From a virus (Duplodnaviria > Caudoviricetes): 24,835 nt of DNA. The first letter of the stretch is position 1, and each line of letters begins with the position of its first letter. The stretch covers positions 1 through 24,835 of the IMG/VR virus record IMGVR_UViG_3300006867_000088; one strand, given 5' to 3'. The notes beneath the pieces are model-generated. The model saw only the letters and a list, made by a program, of their open reading frames with translations, was not told where the DNA came from and did not search any database. A program made the position numbers and the translations under genes. Below are positions 7,393-16,417 of the stretch, piece by piece.

Positions 7393-9592
7393 AAACCCTG
7401 CGGTTCTCGTTAGCCTGCTCTCTGATTGGGACGGCAAGGATCTTGCGAAGGCGCAACGCGAGATTGCCAAGATGCAGGCGCAGACTCAGACATTTGGCGA
7501 CAAGTTCGCGGCGATGGGTAAGAAAATTCAGAACGTCGGCGCGTCTGTGTCGAAGGCCGGTGGGACTCTCACGAAGTCTGTGACGTTACCTATTGTTGGT
7601 ATTGGTGCTGCTGCGGTTGCGACCGCTGCGGAATTTGAAAAGTCCATGAATCGCGTGCGTGCCGTGTCCGGCGCGACCGGGGATGACTTTGACGCGTTGC
7701 GGGATCAGGCTGCGGAACTTGGCCGGACTACTGCGTTCACCGCTGGTCAGGCGGCTGAGGGTATGTCGTTCCTTGCTATGGCCGGTTTCAAGACTACAGA
7801 TATTCTTGAATCCATGCCGGGTGTGTTGCAGTTGGCGGCTGCGGGTCAGATGGATTTGGCTGAGGCCGCTGATATTGCGTCTAACGTTTTGACGGGTTAC
7901 GGCAAGACCGCCGATGAGATGACTAACGTTGTCGATATTCTGGCCAAGACATTCACATCTGCTAACACGGATTTGTCTCAGTTGGGTGAGGCGATGACGT
8001 ATGCGGCTCCGGTTGCCGCGTCTGCGGGTGTGCAGTTTGAGGAAGCCGCTGCCGCTATCGGGTTGATGGGTAATGCGGGTATTCAGGGAAGCATGGCGGG
8101 TACGTCTTTGCGTAACGCTATCGCTGCTTTGCTGGATCCGACGCGTAAACAATACGCAGCGATGAAAGACCTTGGTCTGACTGTCACAGATGCGACCGGC
8201 CAACTTCTACCGTTCGAAGATATTGTTCGGCAACTTGGCGAATCGGGTGCGACAACATCTGATTTCATTACCATCTTTGGTAAGCGTGCCGGTCCTGCTA
8301 TGGCTGCTCTTGTTGATCAGGGTGCTGATGCTCTCGCTGATTTGACGAGTGAGTTAGAGAACGCAGGCGGCACGGCGCAATCTATTGCGGATACGCAACT
8401 TCAAGGCTTGCAAGGTCAGTTGACGAAACTGAAATCAGCCTTTGAAGGGTTGATGATCAGCATTGCGGATTCCGGTTTGTTGGATCGCGCTACTGTCTTG
8501 ATGGAGCAGTTGACTGCGGGTGTCGGTCAGTTGACGGCTAAGTTCGAATCGTTGTCACCTAGCACGCAGAATATGATTTTGAAAATGGCCGCGATTGCTG
8601 CGGCTATCGGTCCGGTGCTGTTGATTGTCGGCAAGTTGATTAGCAGCGTCGGCGCGATTATTGCCGTGTTCAATCCGTTGACGTTGAAGATTGCTCTGGT
8701 TGTTGCTGCGGTTGCGGCGTTGGCTGCCGGGTTCATGTACCTGTGGAACAATAGCGAGACTCTACGGAATACGGTGATGGAGGCGTGGAACAGTATCCGC
8801 GCTGCCGTGTCTCAGGCGATTGATCAGGTGAAGCAATCGTTGTATGAGAACAGGGATGCGATAGAGACGCTACGGCAGGCGTTCATGCAGATCATGCAAT
8901 TCCTCGCTGACTATGTGATTCCTGCGTTGGTTCTTTTCTATTCCGTGTATCTGCAAACGTTGATCACGTTCCTCGCTAAGATCATCACAACAGTTATTGA
9001 ATTGATTTCGTATTGGACTAACTTCATCGCTAAGTTGGTTGAGGTCGGTACGGCAATCATTGAGTTCCTTGCGACGGCGAAAACAAATATTGATACTTTC
9101 GTTGAGGGTGTCCGTACTGCGCTCGTGAACACGTTCAATGAGATACGTGATTTCTTCGCGGAGGTTTTCGCTGAGATTTACACGACGATCACGGACACAA
9201 TCAAACGTGCAATCAACTTCGTTATTGGTGGTATCAACCGTGTCATCAATGCGTGGAATGGGATTTCGTTTACGATCCCGACGGTGACTGTTCCGTTTGT
9301 GGGTACGTTCGGTGGTCAGTCGGTGGGGACGAATGACATTCAACCGATTCCGGAGTTGGCTGATGGTGGCATTGTTTCGAAGGCTACGTTGGCGGTTATC
9401 GGTGAGGCCGGTCCGGAAGCCGTGGTTCCGTTGCGGAAGTCCGGTAATGCGGGTCAGTTCCTTGGCGGGTCGAATATAACGATCAATGTTACTGCCGGTA
9501 TGGGTACTGATGGTGCGGAGGTCGGTCGGCAGATCGTGGATGCCATCCGTAAATATGAACGGCGGTCCGGTCCTGTCTTTGCGGGTGCATGA
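7385..9592 (+). CDS. Tape measure protein (TP901-family core)
   Basis: 735 aa, Ala-rich helical. FEKSMNRVRAVSGAT, NAGIQGSMAGTSLR and C-terminal LADGGIV..TLAVIGEAGPEAVVPL. Confidence 0.95.
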   Translation: MARNPAVLVSLLSDWDGKDLAKAQREIAKMQAQTQTFGDKFAAMGKKIQNVGASVSKAGGTLTKSVTLPIVGIGAAAVATAAEFEKSMNRVRAVSGATGDDFDALRDQAAELGRTTAFTAGQAAEGMSFLAMAGFKTTDILESMPGVLQLAAAGQMDLAEAADIASNVLTGYGKTADEMTNVVDILAKTFTSANTDLSQLGEAMTYAAPVAASAGVQFEEAAAAIGLMGNAGIQGSMAGTSLRNAIAALLDPTRKQYAAMKDLGLTVTDATGQLLPFEDIVRQLGESGATTSDFITIFGKRAGPAMAALVDQGADALADLTSELENAGGTAQSIADTQLQGLQGQLTKLKSAFEGLMISIADSGLLDRATVLMEQLTAGVGQLTAKFESLSPSTQNMILKMAAIAAAIGPVLLIVGKLISSVGAIIAVFNPLTLKIALVVAAVAALAAGFMYLWNNSETLRNTVMEAWNSIRAAVSQAIDQVKQSLYENRDAIETLRQAFMQIMQFLADYVIPALVLFYSVYLQTLITFLAKIITTVIELISYWTNFIAKLVEVGTAIIEFLATAKTNIDTFVEGVRTALVNTFNEIRDFFAEVFAEIYTTITDTIKRAINFVIGGINRVINAWNGISFTIPTVTVPFVGTFGGQSVGTNDIQPIPELADGGIVSKATLAVIGEAGPEAVVPLRKSGNAGQFLGGSNITINVTAGMGTDGAEVGRQIVDAIRKYERRSGPVFAGA

Positions 9593-10836
9593 TGGCTAAC
9601 CCTGCGGTGACGGTGAAGATTGCGTTTGATTTGAACGCTGCCGGTCAGGGTGATTTCTTGACGTTGAATGACCCGGTGAAGGGTGAGTTGGGGAACGCTA
9701 GTTATCCGCTTGCTGGTGATGTGTTGACGGATGTTACGGCTGATGTTCGGTCGGTGCGGATCCGTCGTGGTCGGTCTAACGAGTTGGATCGTTTTCAGGC
9801 AGGGTCGATTGATGTTGTGTTGGATAACCGGCAACGCTTGTATGATCCGACGGCTGGGACGGCGGTCAGTCCGTATGGTGTGAGTTTGAAACCGCGTAAG
9901 GAAATCACGGTTGCGCTTGATGGTGAAGCGGCGTTCGTCGGTCAGGTTGATGATTGGGATTTGGAATATCAACTGTCGGGGGATAGCGTCACGAAGGCTA
10001 AGGGTGCGGACGGTTTCGCTATCTTGTCGCAACAGACGATCAGTCCGCATACGACTTCGGCTGAGACGACGGGTGAACGTGTCGCGGCGATCCTTGACCG
10101 GGGGGAAATAAATTGGCCGTCCGCGCTGCGTGATATTGATACCGGTGAAGCAACCCTTATTGCGGATTCTGTTGGCGGTACTGCGAATCCTGCACCTGTG
10201 AACGCGTTGCAGTATTTGCAGCGTGTGGAACGTGATGAACCTGGCGCGTTGTATGTGGATCGTTCTGGTTTTCTCACGTTCCGTTCACGTACGGATGTGC
10301 AGACGATTACTAGCACGAAGTTCGCGGATGATGGTACAGGCATTCCGTTTTCTAATATCGGTGTTGAGTATGGTACGGAGCAGTTGAGGAATGCGGTTTC
10401 TGTTGCTCGCGTGAATGCTGGTACTGCGACGGCAGCGGATCTTGATTCGCAAACTGATTACGGTGTCATCAGTTATGAACAACGCGATAGCCTGCTGGAT
10501 TCTGATGCGCAGGCGCAATCGTTAGCGGATTGGCTGGTGAACCTGTATGGTCAACCACAGTTGCGGATCAGGGAAGTTGCATTTGATCTGATCGGGTTGA
10601 CCGATGATCAGGTAACAGAGTTGTTGACGTTGGATCTTGGTGACGCGGTTCAGGTGGTGTTCACTCCGAACAGCATCGGTTCACCTATTTCCAGATATGT
10701 AGCGGTTGATTCAATCGAACATGACATCACACCGGGTACGCATCGGATGAAGGTTGGCTTGTCGCAGACCATCGGCGCGTTTATTCTTGATTCGCCGGTG
10801 TTCGGTGAACTTGACGACGACATTCTCGGTTTCTAG
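9589..10836 (+). CDS. Minor tail protein (distal tail/baseplate hub)
   Basis: Follows the tape measure gene. VRSVRIRRGR...FQAGS..VVLDN, LYVDRSG.LTFRSR and LDLGD.VQV motifs. Confidence 0.75.
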   Translation: MMANPAVTVKIAFDLNAAGQGDFLTLNDPVKGELGNASYPLAGDVLTDVTADVRSVRIRRGRSNELDRFQAGSIDVVLDNRQRLYDPTAGTAVSPYGVSLKPRKEITVALDGEAAFVGQVDDWDLEYQLSGDSVTKAKGADGFAILSQQTISPHTTSAETTGERVAAILDRGEINWPSALRDIDTGEATLIADSVGGTANPAPVNALQYLQRVERDEPGALYVDRSGFLTFRSRTDVQTITSTKFADDGTGIPFSNIGVEYGTEQLRNAVSVARVNAGTATAADLDSQTDYGVISYEQRDSLLDSDAQAQSLADWLVNLYGQPQLRIREVAFDLIGLTDDQVTELLTLDLGDAVQVVFTPNSIGSPISRYVAVDSIEHDITPGTHRMKVGLSQTIGAFILDSPVFGELDDDILGF

Positions 10837-10849
10837 GTAAGGGAGAATC

Positions 10850-11209
10850 ATGGCGCAATTTACTGCCGGTGAGGTTTTGACGGCGGCTAACCTGAATAAT
10901 GCAATCAACGGTCCTACGTTGAACGCGCAGACGGGGACCGCGTACACGCTGGCGGCTACGGATACCGGCAAGTTGGTGACGCTATCTAATGCGTCGGCTA
11001 TCACGGTGACGGTGGAGCCTGAGGCGACGGTGGCGTTCACGGCTGGCGCTGCGGTGGGTATCGCTCAGTTGGATGCCGGTCAGGTGACGATCACGGCTGG
11101 GTCGGGTGTGACGATCAACGGCGGTTCGGCGTTGAACGCTCAATACTCTGCCGCGCAGTTGTATTACTTGGACAGCGATACTTGGCTGGCCGTGGGTGAT
11201 TTGGCGTGA
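10850..11209 (+). CDS. Minor tail / fibre-anchoring protein
   Basis: FTAGEVLTAANLN N-terminus, NAQTGTAYTL..TD.GKLV and WLAVGDL. Confidence 0.7.
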   Translation: MAQFTAGEVLTAANLNNAINGPTLNAQTGTAYTLAATDTGKLVTLSNASAITVTVEPEATVAFTAGAAVGIAQLDAGQVTITAGSGVTINGGSALNAQYSAAQLYYLDSDTWLAVGDLA

Positions 11210-11790
11210 CTCTGTTTCACGCGCTGGGTCCGTTCGCGGCGCAGGGTGGTGTGGTCGCTGCTCCCGGCATGGTGCTTCTGACTGACTACACGATCACTCA
11301 TGCTGGTACGTCAGCGACTCTCACCAATGGTCAGGTGACGTTCACAGCGATTACGTCGCTGTCGTTGAACGGCGTATTCTCGGCTGACTTCGACAACTAC
11401 CTAATCCTAATCCGATGCCTTGGAAATACTGACATAAATATGCAATTACGGATGGTTGCCTCTGGAACGCCAGCCACAGGATCAAATTACACCACGCAGG
11501 AAATATATGCTGTTGGTACGGTAGTTGGTGCTGGTAGAGCATCCGGCACAATCGCAAGTTTTCAGTTTTTTGGGTCCCAAAACATGAACGGCACTCATTT
11601 ACATCTTTATGGTCCTGCCTTAGCGCAGCCAACAGCATTTAGAGCAGTTGGAGCGCGAGGAACGGGCGGTGCACAGATTGACGAATTGGCTGGCACTCAT
11701 TCTTTGTCTACGTCTTATGACGGCCTGTATATATCGGCAACGAATGGGAACATTACCGGCGCTCTACAAGTGTATGGGGTGAGATCATAA
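11206..11790 (+). CDS. Tail-tip / putative receptor-binding protein, paralog 1
   Basis: Shares SLSLNGVFS..DNYL, HLYGPALAQPTAFR and THSLSTSYDG blocks with the next two ORFs. Confidence 0.6.
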   Translation: MTLFHALGPFAAQGGVVAAPGMVLLTDYTITHAGTSATLTNGQVTFTAITSLSLNGVFSADFDNYLILIRCLGNTDINMQLRMVASGTPATGSNYTTQEIYAVGTVVGAGRASGTIASFQFFGSQNMNGTHLHLYGPALAQPTAFRAVGARGTGGAQIDELAGTHSLSTSYDGLYISATNGNITGALQVYGVRS

Positions 11791-12336
11791 ATGGCTGCTG
11801 GTGATGGTCTTGTAAGCATGACACCCACCTCTATCGCGCACAGCGGTACGAGTGCGAGTATCAACGCTGATGGTGGTGTGGATTTCACGGCGGTGACTTC
11901 GTTGTCGTTGAATGGTGTGTTCACGAGCGACTACGACAACTACCTGATCGTGATTAGTGCATATACATCTGTTGATGAGCGAACAATGAGATTTCGTTTG
12001 CGTGCGTCCGGTAGTGACGCATCTGGCTCTGACTATACAAAACAGCAGTTACGCGCAGATGCTTCAAGTGCTACAGGTGCACGCACTACGGGAGCGACTG
12101 AGGGTGACTTGGGTAATTACGATACTGCAACGAGCGGCGATACGGTGCATCTGTACGGTCCAGCGTTGGCGCAGCCGACAGCGGTTAGAAATATAAATGT
12201 TGATTCGGATAACGGTGCTGAGATTCTTGACCGCGCTACGACTCACTCACTTTCTACTTCGTATGACGGTATAACGATTTATCCGACCGCTAATGCGATC
12301 ACCGGCAACATTCACGTTTTCGGGTATGAGGAGTAG
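11791..12336 (+). CDS. Tail-tip / putative receptor-binding protein, paralog 2
   Basis: Same conserved blocks as its neighbours. Confidence 0.6.
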   Translation: MAAGDGLVSMTPTSIAHSGTSASINADGGVDFTAVTSLSLNGVFTSDYDNYLIVISAYTSVDERTMRFRLRASGSDASGSDYTKQQLRADASSATGARTTGATEGDLGNYDTATSGDTVHLYGPALAQPTAVRNINVDSDNGAEILDRATTHSLSTSYDGITIYPTANAITGNIHVFGYEE

Positions 12337-12338
12337 GC

Positions 12339-12902
12339 ATGGCTGAGATTGCTGGGTTGAAACTGATTACTCCGTCGTCGGTGACAACAGGTGGCGGTGC
12401 AACCGCATCAGGTACAGGCAAAACAACATTTACCGGCCTAACCACAACAGGCTCAATATCGCTGGAAGGCATTTTCTCTGCAACTTACGACAATTACCTT
12501 TTGGTTATTGGTAGTTTGGAAGGCACGGGTGGTTCGCTGTTGTGTCGTTTGCGCGTTGGTGGCAGCGATGCCTCGGGAGGCGACTATGCTCGGCAGCAAA
12601 TAGACGCAGAAATAACTACTGTTTCTGGTAGCCGTAGCACGGGACAAACATCTACCCGCATTGGTAATGCTAGTGCAGCATCAACATACAGCGGAAATCA
12701 CGTTTACGTTTATGGTCCTAATCTGGCGCAGCCAACTGCGTTCCGGTCCGTAAGTTGTTATCACGACGGCGGCGCTCGTATTCTTGATTACGCCAGCACA
12801 CACAGCCTGTCCACATCTTATACGGCTTTGACCTTGTTCGGGTCGGGAGCAACATCACCGGGGACCGCTGGAACCATTCAAGTATTTGGACTCTCACAGT
12901 AA
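12339..12902 (+). CDS. Tail-tip / putative receptor-binding protein, paralog 3
   Basis: SISLEGIFSATYDNYL, VYGPNLAQPTAFR and THSLSTSY blocks. Confidence 0.6.
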   Translation: MAEIAGLKLITPSSVTTGGGATASGTGKTTFTGLTTTGSISLEGIFSATYDNYLLVIGSLEGTGGSLLCRLRVGGSDASGGDYARQQIDAEITTVSGSRSTGQTSTRIGNASAASTYSGNHVYVYGPNLAQPTAFRSVSCYHDGGARILDYASTHSLSTSYTALTLFGSGATSPGTAGTIQVFGLSQ

Positions 12903-12913
12903 GGAATGAACTA

Positions 12914-13144
12914 ATGGCACTAGAACCGTGGATCATCATTACCACCTACCCCGACGGTAGGACTGAGGAACGCCTCGCTACCGCTGAGGAAGTAGCACAA
13001 CGCGAGGCTGATATTGCTGCTGCTGAGGCGCAGCGGGTGGCTGAGGAGGAGGCTGAGGCGGCGCGGCTGGCGGCTCGTGCGTCGGCTGAGGAGAAACTAG
13101 CGGCCTTAGGTTTGACGGCTGATGAGATAGCGGCGATATTGTAA
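12914..13144 (+). CDS. Small acidic helical protein, putative tail-fibre assembly chaperone
   Basis: ER.AT.EEVAQ...ARASAEEKLAALGLTADEIAA pattern directly after the fibre genes. AAGGA RBS. Confidence 0.5.
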   Translation: MALEPWIIITTYPDGRTEERLATAEEVAQREADIAAAEAQRVAEEEAEAARLAARASAEEKLAALGLTADEIAAIL

Positions 13145-13371
13145 TGAGCGCTCCTGATGTTATCGGCATGGTTGTTGCTGGGACAGCGATTGTGTCGGCG
13201 TTGCTTGCTGGGATCATCTGGTTGATTCGTGCGCAGGTCGCTATGCAGAAACAGTTTCAGCCTAACGGTGGTCAGAGTGTGCGGGATAGTTTGAACCGCA
13301 TTGAGAGTGATGTTCGCCGGGTCGCTGAGAAAGTTGATGATCATATTGAATGGCATATGGATCAAAACTAG
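13144..13371 (+). CDS. Single-TM membrane protein of the lysis region
   Basis: Hydrophobic N-terminal helix followed by PNGGQSVRDSLNRIE and a coiled coil. Confidence 0.6.
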   Translation: MSAPDVIGMVVAGTAIVSALLAGIIWLIRAQVAMQKQFQPNGGQSVRDSLNRIESDVRRVAEKVDDHIEWHMDQN

Positions 13372-13385
13372 ATTGGAGTCCTGTC

Positions 13386-13610
13386 ATGTGGTCGGTTGAG
13401 TTTTGGAAGTCTGCGGGGGAACGCGCTTTGCGTACTTTCGCGCAGGTCTTATTGTCGATGATTGTTGTTGGTGAAACCGGTTTCCTTGATGTGGATTGGG
13501 TGCAGGCTGGATCCGTTGCTGGTCTTGCTGCTCTCGCGTCTGTCCTGATGAGCATTGGCGCGACGGGTTTGGGGGATAAGGGTACGGCTTCGTTGGTGCG
13601 TGATCGCTGA
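13386..13610 (+). CDS. Holin (r1t-like)
   Basis: FWKSAGERALRTFAQ...VDW....VAGLAALASVLMSI. GGAG RBS. Adjacent to the endolysin. Confidence 0.85.
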   Translation: MWSVEFWKSAGERALRTFAQVLLSMIVVGETGFLDVDWVQAGSVAGLAALASVLMSIGATGLGDKGTASLVRDR

Positions 13611-14272
13611 TGCGTGTTCGTCCGAAGCGGCTTGCGTTCAAGTTGCGTTCGTATGGCGTGCCGGTGAAGTATGTGCCGGATTGGGATTCGGCTCGTATTG
13701 ACCCGTATGGTGGTCGGTCTGATTTCGTTGGTGTGGTGTTGCATCACACGGCGGGGGTTGATTCGCTGCGGTATATTTGTTACACGAATCCGTATGCGCC
13801 TGTTCGTGCTGCGCATTTTCTTGTTGAGAGGGATGGTACGGTTCGGGTGTGTTCGGGGGTTGGTGCGTATCATGCTGGTAAGGGTGGTCCGTGGCGGTTC
13901 CCGAAAAAGGGTGCTGATGTGATCGTGCCTAGAGATCAAGGGAATAGTCACCTGTACGGAATCGAAATCGAATCATTGGGTACGTCCCGCAAGATTGATG
14001 GTTCCAAAGAGGGTATGACCGTTGAGCAGGTTGTTTCTACTGCGCTCCTGTCGGCTGCGTTGTTGAATGCTATGCGTCGTGGGTGGCGTTCGTGGCCGGT
14101 GTCGCGGGTGATCAGGCATCGTGATTGGACTACCCGGAAGATTGATGTCAAGCAGGATATTGAGTGGTGGCATCAGGTGATTGGTATTGCGCGTGCGAAT
14201 AAGGGGGAGCCGGTTCGTGCTGAGGCGTTGATTCGTCAGTTTGTGAAGGAACATCCTAAGGGTCGCGTGTGA
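13610..14272 (+). CDS. Endolysin, N-acetylmuramoyl-L-alanine amidase (Amidase_2-like)
   Basis: VVLHHTAG, AHFLV.RDG, AYHAG, GIEIE and IRHR....RKID zinc-amidase motifs. Confidence 0.9.
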   Translation: MRVRPKRLAFKLRSYGVPVKYVPDWDSARIDPYGGRSDFVGVVLHHTAGVDSLRYICYTNPYAPVRAAHFLVERDGTVRVCSGVGAYHAGKGGPWRFPKKGADVIVPRDQGNSHLYGIEIESLGTSRKIDGSKEGMTVEQVVSTALLSAALLNAMRRGWRSWPVSRVIRHRDWTTRKIDVKQDIEWWHQVIGIARANKGEPVRAEALIRQFVKEHPKGRV

Positions 14273-14547
14273 GTCTCGTTGACCGGTTGGGGGAGGCTGC
14301 TCCTGCGAAGCGTGGGGGTCGTTGCCGTGTGGCGGTGATCCTTGACGCGTTGGGGGAGTCGGATCGGGTGGCGTTGTTTGATGCGTTGTGGGTTCCGAAG
14401 GAAGATCCGGCGCGGTTGTCGGCTCAGGCTATCGCTGATGCGTTAGCGTCTGAGGGGTTTCCGGTTCATCCTAAGACGATTCAGATTCACCGCAAAGGTG
14501 GTTGTTCCTGTGAGCCTGTCGGACAAACTTGCGCCGCGTCAGCCTAA
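14269..14547 (+). CDS. Hypothetical protein (C...H..G.CSC, possible metal-binding/HTH)
   Basis: GTGA-coupled to the amidase; coherent ORF. Confidence 0.6.
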   Translation: MSLVDRLGEAAPAKRGGRCRVAVILDALGESDRVALFDALWVPKEDPARLSAQAIADALASEGFPVHPKTIQIHRKGGCSCEPVGQTCAASA

Positions 14548-15265
14548 GGTGTTGACGGTTGATATAGAAACTGCTCCGGCTATCGTTATGGCGTGGGGTT
14601 TGTGGGATCAGAACATTGGTGTTTCGCAGATTGTTGAGCCTTCGCGGGTGTTGTGTTTCGCGGCTAAGTGGTATCACCAAAAGCGGGTTCTGTTCGGGTC
14701 GGAGTTTCATCACGGAAAAGAGCAGTTCCTTGCGCAGGCGTGGGAGTTGTTCGATGAAGCGGACGCGGTTGTTACTTATAACGGTGTGAAGTTTGACATT
14801 CCTCACCTTCAGCGTGAGTGGGTGTTGTTGGGTTGGGGTCCGCCTTCGCCGTGGGTTGATGTGGATTTGTTGCGGACGTTCCGGTCTCGCTTCAAGTTCA
14901 TGAGTAACAAACTTGGTTTTGTGACGGATCAACTTGGTCTTGATACGAAACTTGAGACGGGTGGTCAGTCTCTGTGGACTCGTGTGCTTGCTGATGATCG
15001 GCAGGCGTGGGATGAGTTCAAGCGTTACAACAAGCAGGATGTTGTGATCACGGAACAACTGATGATGCAGGTGTTGCCGTGGATCAAGTCGGGTCCGCAT
15101 TTCGGTTTGTTGTCTGGTGATCCGGCGCGGTGTTTCGCGTGTGGTTCTCCGGAGTTGGTTCCGGCTGGTGTGGTGTTTACGCGGTCGGTGAAGTATCCGA
15201 AACTTGTTTGTGTGTGTGGTGCGTGGAATAAGGTGTTGAGGTCGGGTGAGACTCGTCCGGCATAA
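14510..15265 (+). CDS. RNase H-like DEDD 3'-5' exonuclease (DnaQ/PolB-exo-like) with C-terminal Zn ribbon
   Basis: LTVDIET, VTYNG.KFDIPHL and YNKQDV motifs; C..C...C.CG tail. Confidence 0.85.
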   Translation: MSLSDKLAPRQPKVLTVDIETAPAIVMAWGLWDQNIGVSQIVEPSRVLCFAAKWYHQKRVLFGSEFHHGKEQFLAQAWELFDEADAVVTYNGVKFDIPHLQREWVLLGWGPPSPWVDVDLLRTFRSRFKFMSNKLGFVTDQLGLDTKLETGGQSLWTRVLADDRQAWDEFKRYNKQDVVITEQLMMQVLPWIKSGPHFGLLSGDPARCFACGSPELVPAGVVFTRSVKYPKLVCVCGAWNKVLRSGETRPA

Positions 15266-15301
15266 AAAGAAATCCCCCGGCGTTTGCCGGGGGTTCCTTT
15301 T
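15264..15301. terminator. Bidirectional intrinsic terminator
   Basis: A-tract, CCCCCGGC-GTTT-GCCGGGGG, T-tract, between convergent genes. Confidence 0.8.
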
Positions 15302-15310
15302 GGTTTGTGG

Positions 15311-15619
15311 CTAGAAAGATGGGTCGCGGTAGTCTCGCTGGAAACCAACCACAAGTTGTGCGTACCACATGGTGCTACCGTCGCTGTCAATCTGCAAGTA
15401 CGTTCCTTGCTTGGCGCGGAACCGACCGAAGTGATCGGTGTGCAATTCCTTGATTTGTCCTTTGCGGTTGCCGGACTTGAAGCGCACAATGTTCGTGACT
15501 GTGGTGGCGTAGGAATCGCTGCCGATGTAGAACGTGGCTGGTGCGCCAACGGTGATCTCATCGGCGGTGAAGGGTCGTGATGTGATTCCCATTTCTTGAA
15601 TAACTTCGATGATGTCCAT
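15311..15619 (-). CDS. Hypothetical protein in a stand-alone cassette (ends ...G.QRDYRDPSF)
   Basis: Only well-supported minus-strand gene. Has a GGGGAGGAACCC RBS, its own promoter and a terminator. Confidence 0.8.
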   Translation of the reverse strand: MDIIEVIQEMGITSRPFTADEITVGAPATFYIGSDSYATTVTNIVRFKSGNRKGQIKELHTDHFGRFRAKQGTYLQIDSDGSTMWYAQLVVGFQRDYRDPSF

Positions 15620-15640
15620 TTGGGTTCCTCCCCTTGTCGG

Positions 15641-15685
15641 TGTCTGACAGGTATCAAGTTACACACCCCGTATGACAGGTGTCAA
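15641..15685 (-). promoter_or_regulatory. SigA-type promoter (TTGACA-18-TAACTT) with two operator-like boxes
   Basis: -35 at 15685-15680 and -10 at 15661-15656. Boxes TGTCTGACA 15641-15649 and CGTATGACA 15669-15677. Confidence 0.75.
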
Positions 15686-15740
15686 GGGGAAACCGCAAGA
15701 TTCTGTAAAGTGTTCCGAAATGTCCGATTTGGGAGGTTCC

Positions 15741-16007
15741 GTGATTGACCCGTCACTACTCGCTGACGCTACCGCTGCGGTCATGGGAGATCGGCAAGAC
15801 GCGTACGGAAACCCTGAGGACAACCTAGGACGGATAGCGCAGTTGTGGAGCGCGTGGATAGGCAAGGACCTTTCCGCGCATGATGTGGCCGTCCTCATGG
15901 CTTTGGTGAAGATCAGCCGCGCATCGCACACCCATCACCGGGATAACTACGTTGACGGTATTGGGTATCTTGCGCTTGCGGAGAGGCTTGGCCGTCCGTG
16001 GATGTGA
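15741..16007 (+). CDS. DUF6378-like phage protein
   Basis: GDRQDAYGNPEDN..RIAQLWS...DVA.LM..VKISR....HRDNYVD.IGY pattern. GGGAGG RBS before GTG 15741. Confidence 0.75.
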   Translation: MIDPSLLADATAAVMGDRQDAYGNPEDNLGRIAQLWSAWIGKDLSAHDVAVLMALVKISRASHTHHRDNYVDGIGYLALAERLGRPWM

Positions 16008-16225
16008 AGGTGTCTGTGGGTCAGGTGCGGGTGCGGTTGACTGATGTTGAGTATTCGCCGCGTCAGGTGTTGGCGTTGCTGCGGCAGGCGGCGGGTGTTG
16101 CGGTGGCGTTGCAGCCTGAGGGGGAGGGGGAGCGTCCGGCGTTCGGGTTCGCGGCGCAAGTTGAGTTAGATCCGGAGCGTAATGTGGAGCCGGATTTGTC
16201 GGAGTGGTTTGAAGAGTCTCCGTAG
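16004..16225 (+). CDS. Hypothetical protein
   Basis: GTGA overlap; acidic C-terminus. Confidence 0.6.
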   Translation: MKVSVGQVRVRLTDVEYSPRQVLALLRQAAGVAVALQPEGEGERPAFGFAAQVELDPERNVEPDLSEWFEESP

Positions 16226-16237
16226 TGTAGTGTGGTG

Positions 16238-16308
16238 GTGCGGTTTCCTCCCGCATGAGAACCCCCGGTGTTTTGCCTCCCCCGGTCCGCCGGGGGTTCT
16301 CTTTTTTT
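16238..16308 (+). ncRNA. Two-hairpin element ending in an intrinsic terminator, both loops C/U-rich (candidate anti-SD sRNA)
   Basis: TGCGG-TTTCCTC-CCGCA, then GAGAACCCCCGG...CCGGGGGTTCTC plus T7, with loop TTTTGCCTCCCCCGGTC. The terminator is solid; the sRNA role is inference. Confidence 0.5.
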
Positions 16309-16347
16309 GCCGTGATCTAATCGTTATAAAGATGTCCGTTTTGTCTA

Positions 16348-16376
16348 TTGACAGGCGTATGACAGGCGGGTAATGT
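16348..16376 (+). promoter_or_regulatory. SigA-type promoter (TTGACA-17-TAATGT) with CGTATGACA box in the spacer
   Basis: TTGACAGGCGTATGACAG is identical to the copy at 22670. Confidence 0.8.
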
Positions 16377-16417
16377 TCTACCTGTAAGCGCAACCGCTAC
16401 CGACCGGGGAGGTCACA

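Noticed and set aside
11206-12902. Diversity-generating retroelement or invertase shufflon acting on the tail-tip paralogs
   Set aside because: No reverse transcriptase or recombinase in the window, no near-identical TR/VR pair differing only at adenines, and no inverted crossover repeats seen.
15284-15580. 98-aa + strand ORF
   Set aside because: It starts inside a terminator. The opposite-strand ORF has a promoter, RBS and terminator.
15634-15660. RecA-NDp/PafBC-type DNA-damage promoter (TTGTCGGTG...)
   Set aside because: The downstream TAnnnT element does not match at the expected spacing, and the sequence is explained by the minus-strand leader and operator.
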